DNA of 64,000 bases. It comes from a virus. Both the position numbers and the translations under genes were made by a program. Shown one piece after another: positions 48,761 through 56,229 of this stretch. Numbering within the stretch: position 1 is the stretch's first letter; each line of letters opens with the position of its first letter. The notes beneath the pieces are model-generated. The model was not told the origin of the DNA and searched no databases. It worked only from the letters and a program-made list of their open reading frames with translations. The stretch is taken from positions 32,001 to 96,000 of the IMG/VR virus record IMGVR_UViG_3300024518_004461, one strand, 5' to 3'.

Positions 48761-49621
48761 TTGAAAAATGCGGTTGCAAAATTAGTTATAGTATTTATGA
48801 TGTTCATTACTTTTATGGGATGTGCATCATGTGCGTCAAGCACAGCCCTATTTGGGCCAGGAGATTTATTCAGAGATAAAAGACGTTCCTTCATCAAGAT
48901 TGATATTTATAAAAACATCTACCTAACAAAAACCTCCTCTGCGGTAGCCGAAGCAAATTTAGAAGAATATGAAATTGATTTGCGCTCATCAGCTTCGGGC
49001 TTTATTGTTGGACACGATAGAGAAATTACACTCGTAGGAACTTCAGCGCACGTTTGCAGTATTCTTTACGGCAATCAAATAAATTATTTTGTGCAGGACT
49101 ACTCACCTAAGAACCCTGAATGGAAGATGACCGAAAGGGCTTCATATATCCTAAACGATTACAAAGGTGAAACATATGCGGCAATTCCAATTGCTTTTGA
49201 TTTTGAAGCCGATATATGTATACTGGGTTCAGCCAAGATATCGCGTCCAGCATTGAAAATTTCTAATTCTAAGCCAATAATTGGAGAGAAGTATTATAAC
49301 ATAGCCGCCCCTATGGGATTGTGGTCTTCTAAAATGATCCCGTTATTTGAAGGATTTTATTTGGGTAGTAAGAAGGTTCGTAGCAACCGAAAAACTTCGT
49401 ATGTTTTTTCTATTCCTGCCAAGGGTGGATCTTCGGGCTCCCCAATACTGAATAGTTATGGTGAAGTTGTTGGAGCATTACACTCTGCTTATAGAGGGTT
49501 TGAAAATTTGTGTATGGCTACCACAAATAAAGAGATTTACTTAATCTATCGTAAATCTATGAGAAAATTATTGAAAGATTATGATAAATATAAACTTATC
49601 ATTGACATTATAAATATTTAA
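48761..49621 (+). CDS. Trypsin-like serine protease with lipoprotein-type signal
   Basis: TSAHVC (His), ADICIL (Asp), GGSSGSPI (Ser); N-terminal hydrophobic stretch ending FMGC; the only clear plus-strand gene. Confidence 0.85.
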   Translation: MKNAVAKLVIVFMMFITFMGCASCASSTALFGPGDLFRDKRRSFIKIDIYKNIYLTKTSSAVAEANLEEYEIDLRSSASGFIVGHDREITLVGTSAHVCSILYGNQINYFVQDYSPKNPEWKMTERASYILNDYKGETYAAIPIAFDFEADICILGSAKISRPALKISNSKPIIGEKYYNIAAPMGLWSSKMIPLFEGFYLGSKKVRSNRKTSYVFSIPAKGGSSGSPILNSYGEVVGALHSAYRGFENLCMATTNKEIYLIYRKSMRKLLKDYDKYKLIIDIINI

Positions 49622-49827
49622 TAGACTACGTGAATATCCACTTCATGGCTGGATGTACCTTCTAGATCGATTGGTCTAGATTTCCCATTTAAATCTTTTA
49701 TGATTATCACACCCTCATCGTTATGTGGGTCTACTTGATAACATGTTATTTCTGCTGGCCCTTCACAAAAAGTTTCCTTTGTGTTGCGATGCGTATATAG
49801 TAAAAAGACTTTATCTCCGATGTTCAT
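49618..49827 (-). CDS. Small hypothetical protein (SH3/KOW-like start MNIGDKV)
   Basis: 69 aa, converges on the protease gene. Confidence 0.55.
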   Translation of the reverse strand: MNIGDKVFLLYTHRNTKETFCEGPAEITCYQVDPHNDEGVIIIKDLNGKSRPIDLEGTSSHEVDIHVVY

Positions 49828-49881
49828 AATAATACCTTACCATAAATAGGATCTAAGATCAAGAAAAAGAAAAAAAAATAA

Positions 49882-49898
49882 TGGAGGTGGCGGGAATC
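49882..49898 (-). pseudogene. Orphan tmRNA 3'-end fragment
   Basis: GATTCCCGCCACCTCCA = T-loop 3' part, T-stem 3' strand, acceptor strand CACCTCC and discriminator A; the acceptor strand is identical to that of the intact tmRNA. Confidence 0.7.
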
Positions 49899-49962
49899 AC
49901 AAATTTACCCCTACTTGGGTCCAAGTGATTACCTTTTGTATCTTTATTCATTCTCATTCTCC

Positions 49963-50265
49963 TTAAATCGCCTTCATTTCTGAAAGAAGGTCTTCATAGT
50001 TCTCAATGTATCCGCCACTGGTTTTGCCGTCCAGTCGGTTTAGAAGATTGATAGATGAGAATCCTGCGAAGTATGTTGCATCCTCTCCTGGATATTCTAT
50101 TACTTTATTATCCTCGATGCTTTTGATAATCATATAGTCAAGATCTCTAATCTCTTCTGCCGCTCTTCGATTGAGGGATTTGAGTTTAATGATCTCTTTT
50201 TTTAGATCCCGTAACAAACTATCCTCACTTGGGGCTGGGTAGTTACCTTTTGTATCTTTGCTCAT
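49963..50265 (-). CDS. Hypothetical protein
   Basis: 100-aa ORF with coiled-coil-like N-terminal half. Confidence 0.6.
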   Translation of the reverse strand: MSKDTKGNYPAPSEDSLLRDLKKEIIKLKSLNRRAAEEIRDLDYMIIKSIEDNKVIEYPGEDATYFAGFSSINLLNRLDGKTSGGYIENYEDLLSEMKAI

Positions 50266-50354
50266 TTATTATACTTCATTGCTCTATCACTATTCAACGA
50301 AAATCCCTTAGCACCTTTTTCTTTCTTGACCCATTCAAAGAAATCTTCTGCCAT
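50262..50354 (-). CDS. Small hypothetical peptide (30 aa)
   Basis: MAEDFFEWVKKEKGAKGF...; ATGA overlap with the next gene. Confidence 0.4.
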   Translation of the reverse strand: MAEDFFEWVKKEKGAKGFSLNSDRAMKYNK

Positions 50355-50433
50355 TTAAATGGAATTGGAGGTGTGCGGAATCGAACCGCAGTCCACAATG
50401 CTTAAATAAATTTGCGATATACAAGGTTATATC

Positions 50434-50643
50434 TTAATCTTTCTTCTGAACAAATGCGTAAAGCTTTTCAGCTTCAGCAATTATTTCTTCAGTTGTATAA
50501 GAAGGAACAGCATTTCGCGCTCCATCGGGTTTGATCATTTCATTCTCAAAGTCGCGATTGCATTTATCACCTAGAATACCTTGCGCCATCCCAAGCAATC
50601 CTTCTCGAATTTCATAACCATTTTTATTTTTATTTTCTGACAT
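50434..50643 (-). CDS. Small protein (69 aa) nested inside the tmRNA gene
   Basis: AAAGGAGG RBS, ATG 50643, MSENKNKNGYEIREGLLGMAQ...TTEEIIAEAEKLYAFVQKKD; the stop lies just before the helix-2 3' strand. Confidence 0.8.
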   Translation of the reverse strand: MSENKNKNGYEIREGLLGMAQGILGDKCNRDFENEMIKPDGARNAVPSYTTEEIIAEAEKLYAFVQKKD

Positions 50644-50692
50644 AATAAATGTCCTCCTTTGTGTGTGTGTGTTTCTTACCATCCATATTCGT

Positions 50693-50722
50693 ATTATACG
50701 CTCGAAATTGGATGGTTGTCAA
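50693..50722 (-). promoter_or_regulatory. Consensus sigma70 promoter inside the tmRNA gene
   Basis: TTGACA-N18-TATAAT. Confidence 0.8.
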
Positions 50723-50935
50723 CACGGCTTATTGGGTAACAAGGAAAACCGTAAAAACCCCGCTTTGATGCTTACGCAGCCAAAGTTAATGCAACATTAT
50801 CGTTAGCAATTATTTGTTTTAAGCCTTTTAGTGTTTGCTCATACACCCTTGCACAAATCTATCTCGACACCGTGTCGAACCCAGTTCACCCCCGTAGTAA
50901 TAAGTATATCATAATAATATAATGTCCTAAAGTTT

Positions 50936-51544
50936 TTATTTCCCACCGTGGGGTTCATCTTGTAGAGAGGCAAGAATATCGTCAATCCATACTGTGTTTG
51001 ATATAAAATTGTATAAGCGATTAACCACCCGAAAATCGCCACACTTCTTATTATCCCAGTGAGCTTTTTTGAGGTGAGATGAGTGAAAAGAAAATCCGCA
51101 CGAGGCAATATCTCCCATGACAATTTTATTACCAAAGGAATGTGTTGGAATAGCCTTCCCCCGGTTAGGGAATTTTACTTTCCAAATATATAGAGTGTCT
51201 TTGTTATTGTTTTTTTCTATGTTTGTCGCTAGCGTTTCTAAGGAACCAGTTGTAGGCAAGTGATCATCGTCATCTAAGAACATTATCCATCCATTCTCTA
51301 TTTCTTTATACATCTCATTAAAATATAAATTATATGGAAAATGTTTAAAATTTTTCTTTTTTTCTCTCTTTACCTGTATGTAATCGGTGGAATTTATATA
51401 TCCTAGTGATGACTCATTATCTATACATAAAATATGACGATAATTTTTATAACTCTGTGAGGAAACACTTTCTTCACACTTTATAAAATACTCTTTACGG
51501 TGTGTCCTTGTAAGTATGTTTATTAAAGGACGCTTCATATTCAT
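50936..51544 (-). CDS. Glycosyltransferase family 2
   Basis: INILTRT, SQSYKNY, WIMFLDDDD, GDF; start refined to lie downstream of the tRNA. Confidence 0.8.
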   Translation of the reverse strand: MNMKRPLINILTRTHRKEYFIKCEESVSSQSYKNYRHILCIDNESSLGYINSTDYIQVKREKKKNFKHFPYNLYFNEMYKEIENGWIMFLDDDDHLPTTGSLETLATNIEKNNNKDTLYIWKVKFPNRGKAIPTHSFGNKIVMGDIASCGFSFHSSHLKKAHWDNKKCGDFRVVNRLYNFISNTVWIDDILASLQDEPHGGK

Positions 51545-51547
51545 ATA

Positions 51548-51620
51548 AGCGAATGGCGGGGTTCGAACCCGCAACTTTCAGATTGGAAATCTGACACTCT
51601 GCCAGTTGAGCTACATTCGC
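51548..51620 (-). tRNA. tRNA-Gly (TCC)
   Basis: GCGAATG/CATTCGC acceptor, U73, D-arm, anticodon arm TCAGA-TTTCCAA-TCTGA, T-arm GCGGG-TTCGAAC-CCCGC; CCA not encoded. Confidence 0.95.
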
Positions 51621-51777
51621 AAAAAAAAAAAAAACAATAAGATTGTTACTTATTCACAGTAACAAAGCTAGGCTCGTTTCAATACTAACATAAGTTAGTT
51701 TGGTTAGCTTCAACAGAGCCATTGAAGCACTCGAATATCACATCAGAAAACTGCTTTATCTTATTGCCCATAAACTA
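51621..51777 (-). ncRNA. Candidate structured ncRNA (unassigned family)
   Basis: Own promoter; closing helix CAATAAGAT/ATCTTATTG, three internal hairpins, GGCTC/GAGCC loop pairing, followed by U14. Confidence 0.55.
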
Positions 51778-51783
51778 ATTTCT

Positions 51784-51812
51784 ATTCTAAACGTCTTTGA
51801 CCCCCTTGTCAA
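51784..51812 (-). promoter_or_regulatory. sigma70-type promoter
   Basis: TTGACA-N17-TAGAAT. Confidence 0.8.
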
Positions 51813-52164
51813 GTGTTTGTTCAAAATAGTCGTCAATCTTATATCTATTTATAGTTTTCTTCATAGATAATTCGTTCAGACCAAGAAACCTCGCGGCTTC
51901 TCGCTTTGAACGTGTTGCGGATAAAGCATACTTCAATACCGCATCTTTTACAATGTTTGGGATAGAATACCAAAGTGGTAATCCATATAATTTTTTATTA
52001 AAAGAAGACTTGGCGGTCAGTTCCAATTTTAGACCAATAACTTCTTCAAGGGAAAGAGCATTGAATAGAATCTCAAACTCCTCACTAGACTTTCCTTGTT
52101 TTCTTAATCTATTAGAAATAGAGTAGTCTTTATTCCGTCCATCATTTCTTTTCAGATTCGCCAT
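51787..52164 (-). CDS. Protein with C-terminal Fis-like HTH
   Basis: LKYALSATRSKREAARFLGLN. Confidence 0.6.
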   Translation of the reverse strand: MANLKRNDGRNKDYSISNRLRKQGKSSEEFEILFNALSLEEVIGLKLELTAKSSFNKKLYGLPLWYSIPNIVKDAVLKYALSATRSKREAARFLGLNELSMKKTINRYKIDDYFEQTLDKGVKDV

Positions 52165-52420
52165 TAGCTACACCCAGTATACCATAACCCGCGATGTCTT
52201 TAAACGGATTTTCTCCAAACGCATCTTTTTTAGTTGCAATTCTAAACAGCTTATCAATGATGCGAGTAATAGCCAGCATATCTTTATATTGTTCTGGCTC
52301 AATTCCATTTGGATATAGAATCTTTAAAATTTTTTCTGACTTTAGGAAAGAGCTTCCATAAGCAGCATCTTTTTCGTCAACAAGTTTACCAATTTCAGTA
52401 GCAATTTTTTCGAACTTCAT
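52142..52420 (-). CDS. DUF1599/DUF6378-like (nucleotide-modification-associated) protein
   Basis: EKDAAYGSSF, IIDKLFRIA, PFKDIAGYGIL. Confidence 0.6.
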   Translation of the reverse strand: MKFEKIATEIGKLVDEKDAAYGSSFLKSEKILKILYPNGIEPEQYKDMLAITRIIDKLFRIATKKDAFGENPFKDIAGYGILGVANGESEKK

Positions 52421-52439
52421 GAAGTTAAGGATACTATTA

Positions 52440-55070
52440 TTATAGATCGAAGTCAAGTTCTTCTTCATCACCTTCTTCTTCAGTTCCAAGATCTTCTTCT
52501 TCACTAGCTTCTGCATCAATTTCTTCCTCATCAGATTCTACTTTCTCTTCTTCATATTCATCAGTTGTCGGTTCAATAACTTCACCAAGTTCTTTTTCCC
52601 ACTTATCAAAATAAAGTTTTAGATTCGTAATCAAATAATCTTGGAAAGTTTTTTGATCCTCGTCATCACTTAGGGTGTTGTATGATTCTAGGATTTGTTT
52701 TTCTATGGAGTCAAACGATTGCGCGGCCAGTTTTGCTCCGGTTGCGTTTGCTTCTTCATCTTGTTTTTCCTTGTCTTCTTCTTCATCATCGCTCTCGATA
52801 CCTGGGTCAATATCAATAAATTTATCGTCATCTGTTATATCAATTTCAATTTCTTCATCAATCTCAATAAATTCTTCACTGGATGTTCCATCGGTACTCA
52901 TTTCAGTGGCTTGACTATTTATGTTCGCGGTTTCTAAAGCAGTATTGACAGAAGAAACTAATTGAGAACGAAAAGCATCCCGCTGTTCTTGTTTTGTGGT
53001 CAATGATTTATAATCTTGCTCAACCCCAGGAAGGATACTTTTCAATAAGTCTTCCAGAAAATTAATAGCAGTGGATGCGTGTGGCACTCGGTCTGCTTCG
53101 TTTTCTAGAATAAGTTTTTGAATAACTCCTCGCAAAACGTCTTCTTCCACCTTTACTTTTTTATCTGCTTTGGCGATGATTTTGCGGATTGCTTCTCTTA
53201 GAATTGTCTCTTTCATAAAAGTATTCCTATCGATATAGTGTTCTTTAATTTTTTTAGTCATAATGCTCCAAGCCTTTTTCTTATCTTTAAGATTCTTTAA
53301 GGGTATATATTTAGCAAAAGATTTAAAATCGTTATTAGCGATAATCTCTCGCATTTCAGTTCCAGATATTCCACCACCAAACATAGGAGTGTTTATCATT
53401 TCTATAGATAATCCCAAGTCTCTTTTGTCTGCGAAGCTTTGAGCACGATCAAAGCGTGTGTCTTTTTCGTCTTTCTCACCCTTGCCAAGAAAAACTGTCT
53501 CCTCATTGTTGAGAGTTTCTAGATAGTCATATACTGAAGCCACGGGTGTACCTTTATCAGATATCATTACTGACATTCTATCACCAATTCCATTAGCCTT
53601 TATATAAAGTTGCCACAACTTTAAAGATTGATCGGCGTTTACCTCTATTGTCTTCGTTTTATCTGTGGAATATCCCTCACGGGACTTAGGAGATATTATT
53701 ACGATGACTTCATCTGCTCCACTGTCCAATAAATGTTTCGCTCCCAAAAAATGACCAGCATGTGGTGGTTTGAAACCACCAGGATGAATACCTATCGTCC
53801 TTCCAGATTCTTGTTCTAGCATAACTTCTTTTTGTAGGGCGGGAATCTTACCGCGACCATATTTGAATATTCCTAATATTTGATTTGCTGGCGCAAAGTT
53901 TCCTGTAAACTTATAAGTCACCCCATCCCAATCAAATACAAATCCTTCGGTTGCTGTACTAATGTTTTCTGCTTTACCAATCTTTTCCAAATGCTTACGA
54001 ACCACATCCATTACATCATCACGATTAGAACCATTGATTGCATCTATTGCGATTCCAACTTCACCAGCCAAACGCTTTACTTCGGAATCATTATCCAAAA
54101 TAAATGCACTCTCTAAGCCTCTCAACATTTCTACCGAGAAGTCATGAATTGTTTTCTCTAGTGGACCAATCACTTCTCCCATGATTTTCTTTCCACCTTT
54201 CACAAAGGAATTTATTTCTGCTTTTGCTTCTTTATCAAGTCCTTTGGTAATAGTAGTAACTTTAATTCCTTTTTCACCAGCGATTCTTCGTATCAACATA
54301 TCTTTACGAGCATCATCGAGCATGGGAAACTTATTAGCGATTATAGGTGACAATCGTGCATTGACAAAATCACCAATAGTGCTTCCGTCTGACAGGCCAA
54401 CACTAGAGATTATTTTATTGATTCTCTGATCTGCTTTCTTTAAGGCTGCATCGTTCTCAAGGCTCTGTAGGTTCTTGATGGCGTTCATTTGTACCGTAAA
54501 GTCTTCAGCCGCTTCGGATTGCTGAACTCCTTCTAACGCATTTTGCAAAACAGCCACATTGTTGGATACATCAGTATCTTTTATATTTCCAGTTTCGCGA
54601 TCAAATTCAGAATGACCTTTCTGATGAATAACTAAAGATCGAGTATCATAGTTGATAACATTTGGATTCGCCGGGTCCATAATTTCAGCATTATAAAAAA
54701 TATTGGCGTCTTCTCCAAATATTTCTCTTTGTTCTTCGGGGGATAACTGGCTTATTACCTTTTCAAAGGCATCAAAAGAATCAACAAAGGCTTTTTCTAA
54801 CGCACCCCGATCAGCAAACTTACTCGCAAGTTGCATAGCGTCCATTCCACCTGTTTTTATATTACCTTTGTTCCGGGCTGCTTTCGCTTTGCCATCTTTT
54901 ACGGAATAAGAAATAAAAAGGTTTTGACCATCGGTCTTTTCTGTTCCTTTGAGTTCTCCGCTTGATGCGGTATCAAATATTTTTTTTATTTCACCAAAGG
55001 ATAAATCTGGATTATCATATAGGTGATTGAGATGACCGTATAATCCACCCTCTAGTAATAGCGATGACAT
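52440..55070 (-). CDS. 876-aa fusion: ligase-like nucleotidyltransferase domain + HIGH-family nucleotidyltransferase + acidic C-terminus
   Basis: TEKTDGQN (KxDG), YNAEIM, TEGFVF, YKFTG; PGGFKPPHAGH and ISGTEMR; very acidic tail. Confidence 0.7.
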   Translation of the reverse strand: MSSLLLEGGLYGHLNHLYDNPDLSFGEIKKIFDTASSGELKGTEKTDGQNLFISYSVKDGKAKAARNKGNIKTGGMDAMQLASKFADRGALEKAFVDSFDAFEKVISQLSPEEQREIFGEDANIFYNAEIMDPANPNVINYDTRSLVIHQKGHSEFDRETGNIKDTDVSNNVAVLQNALEGVQQSEAAEDFTVQMNAIKNLQSLENDAALKKADQRINKIISSVGLSDGSTIGDFVNARLSPIIANKFPMLDDARKDMLIRRIAGEKGIKVTTITKGLDKEAKAEINSFVKGGKKIMGEVIGPLEKTIHDFSVEMLRGLESAFILDNDSEVKRLAGEVGIAIDAINGSNRDDVMDVVRKHLEKIGKAENISTATEGFVFDWDGVTYKFTGNFAPANQILGIFKYGRGKIPALQKEVMLEQESGRTIGIHPGGFKPPHAGHFLGAKHLLDSGADEVIVIISPKSREGYSTDKTKTIEVNADQSLKLWQLYIKANGIGDRMSVMISDKGTPVASVYDYLETLNNEETVFLGKGEKDEKDTRFDRAQSFADKRDLGLSIEMINTPMFGGGISGTEMREIIANNDFKSFAKYIPLKNLKDKKKAWSIMTKKIKEHYIDRNTFMKETILREAIRKIIAKADKKVKVEEDVLRGVIQKLILENEADRVPHASTAINFLEDLLKSILPGVEQDYKSLTTKQEQRDAFRSQLVSSVNTALETANINSQATEMSTDGTSSEEFIEIDEEIEIDITDDDKFIDIDPGIESDDEEEDKEKQDEEANATGAKLAAQSFDSIEKQILESYNTLSDDEDQKTFQDYLITNLKLYFDKWEKELGEVIEPTTDEYEEEKVESDEEEIDAEASEEEDLGTEEEGDEEELDFDL

Positions 55071-55072
55071 TT

Positions 55073-55333
55073 CTATTCCTTGGACGTGTCCTGTTCTTGT
55101 AGTAGTTGATTTTCTTCTTGAAGAATTTGGTTTTCTCGCTGTAAGCGATTAGACGCTTTTCTAATTTCGTTCAATTGATGTTTCATAAGCTCAATGCGCT
55201 TACTCTCTCTCATAGATCTGGGTTTAATCATTCCCAGGCTTTCTTTAAGAGACTGAACCCATACGCTAATATCCGGCGTGACCCCTTCATTAAGTATAAA
55301 CTCTTTCCACCGATTGTTGAGATTATTAATCAT
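55073..55333 (-). CDS. Coiled-coil hypothetical protein
   Basis: 86 aa, overlapping operon arrangement. Confidence 0.6.
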   Translation of the reverse strand: MINNLNNRWKEFILNEGVTPDISVWVQSLKESLGMIKPRSMRESKRIELMKHQLNEIRKASNRLQRENQILQEENQLLQEQDTSKE

Positions 55334-56219
55334 TTTTTTTCGAATATCCCCAACGGTTCATCAAAGCTTCATGGGTTCTATGTCTTGCTTTTTCGCGAAT
55401 GTCGTGAGTTTTTGGAAAGTAAGTTTCATATTGTTTATCTTTTTTGCCTTTTTCAAACTCATCGTCTTCTTCTTCTTCTTCACGCTCATCAGCTTTATCG
55501 CCACCACCGGGAGTTTTGGCTTCCCTTTCCTCGCTTTCCGAAACTCCCTGAAAAGGTTCGTCTTTTTCTTCATCAGGCTTATTAGAAGTTACGACGCCGC
55601 CCAGCGCAGAGGCGACAGCCGCTTCATCACCTTCTTCTCCACCTTCAACCCTTTCGCAAGGTGCGGGGTTGTCTTCTGAACAAGCCTCATTATCTTCTTT
55701 AACTGTGATTAACATTTCTTTCACCAGTCCACGAATAACCTCGCGTAGTTTTGTTTCTTTGTCTTCCATTAGTTTTTCTCCCATAATTGAAGTATCAGTA
55801 AATAGTTTCGAACTATCATTACGTTTATAATTATCTTCCCAGTCACGAAAGATTAAATTGCCTGTTTCATAGGCTTCTCGTTCCATTTCCCGCAAGTGAC
55901 CATCTTCTTGCGCGTATCCTTCTACGGTTGCCAAGCCTTCATTGAAGTCTCCGCGACAATTTTGGGAATGATGAACCAATTCATGAGACAATGATCGCAT
56001 AATATCTTTAACATGCCTACCCTGTGTATACAACCCAATTTTATGACTTGCCGGATCATAATAAGCTGTTTTGCCAAGAGGATTGTTAGAATTTTCTTCG
56101 TTTGTTAGAATAACAATTTTGGCATCAGGATTAAATCCCAATGTGTCTTTAGAAGCTTCGTATAAACTCTTTATTAAAGGTTGTACTGCCGAAAGCCGGT
56201 CGAATTCATTCTTCATCAC
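55326..56219 (-). CDS. HExxH metallopeptidase-like protein with acidic C-terminus
   Basis: SHELVHHSQ...MEREAY. Confidence 0.65.
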   Translation of the reverse strand: MMKNEFDRLSAVQPLIKSLYEASKDTLGFNPDAKIVILTNEENSNNPLGKTAYYDPASHKIGLYTQGRHVKDIMRSLSHELVHHSQNCRGDFNEGLATVEGYAQEDGHLREMEREAYETGNLIFRDWEDNYKRNDSSKLFTDTSIMGEKLMEDKETKLREVIRGLVKEMLITVKEDNEACSEDNPAPCERVEGGEEGDEAAVASALGGVVTSNKPDEEKDEPFQGVSESEEREAKTPGGGDKADEREEEEEDDEFEKGKKDKQYETYFPKTHDIREKARHRTHEALMNRWGYSKKND

Positions 56220-56221
56220 TA

Positions 56222-56229
56222 TAAATAGT
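56222..56229 (-). promoter_or_regulatory. Recurrent ACTATTTA motif (putative late promoter)
   Basis: The same motif lies just upstream of gene starts at 58865-58872, 59221-59228 and 60255-60262; variants at 48699, 49843 and 12317. Confidence 0.55.

Larger units (their letters stand above)
50366..50893 (-). ncRNA. ssrA: tmRNA (528 nt, with an internal protein-coding gene); tag ANDNVALTLAA
   Basis: 5' GGGGGTGAACTGGGTTCGAC. Acceptor stem GGGGGTG/CACCTCC with G3:U70 and discriminator A. T-arm TGCGG-TTCGATT-CCGCA. Long helix 2 (CACGGTGT/GCATTGTG, AGATAGATTTGTG/CGCAAATTTATTT, CAAGG/CCTTG). pk1 and pk2 recognisable. Tag ORF 50807-50772. CCA not encoded. Confidence 0.93.

Noticed and set aside
48552-48897. 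Two minus-strand ORFs between phoH and the protease
   Set aside because: They overlap both real genes and the divergent promoter region, with no motifs
49882-49960. A second full tRNA or tmRNA gene
   Set aside because: Only the last 17 nt match; there is no 5' acceptor strand or T-stem 5' strand upstream
50434-50722. Group I intron or homing endonuclease explaining the tmRNA insertion
   Set aside because: The insert is almost wholly promoter, RBS and a 69-aa ORF; no intron core or LAGLIDADG/HNH/GIY-YIG motif is visible
50839-51135. 98-aa ORF overlapping the tmRNA 5' end
   Set aside because: It overlaps the GT2 gene out of frame and the tmRNA, with no recognisable motif
51640-51750. Canonical hammerhead ribozyme call
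   Set aside because: The core has U in place of A9 and a bulged stem I; kept only as a hypothesis within the ncRNA finding
55175-55679. Plus-strand 136- and 133-aa ORFs
   Set aside because: They are antisense to the acidic low-complexity tail of a well-supported minus-strand gene, and their Phe-rich composition mirrors it
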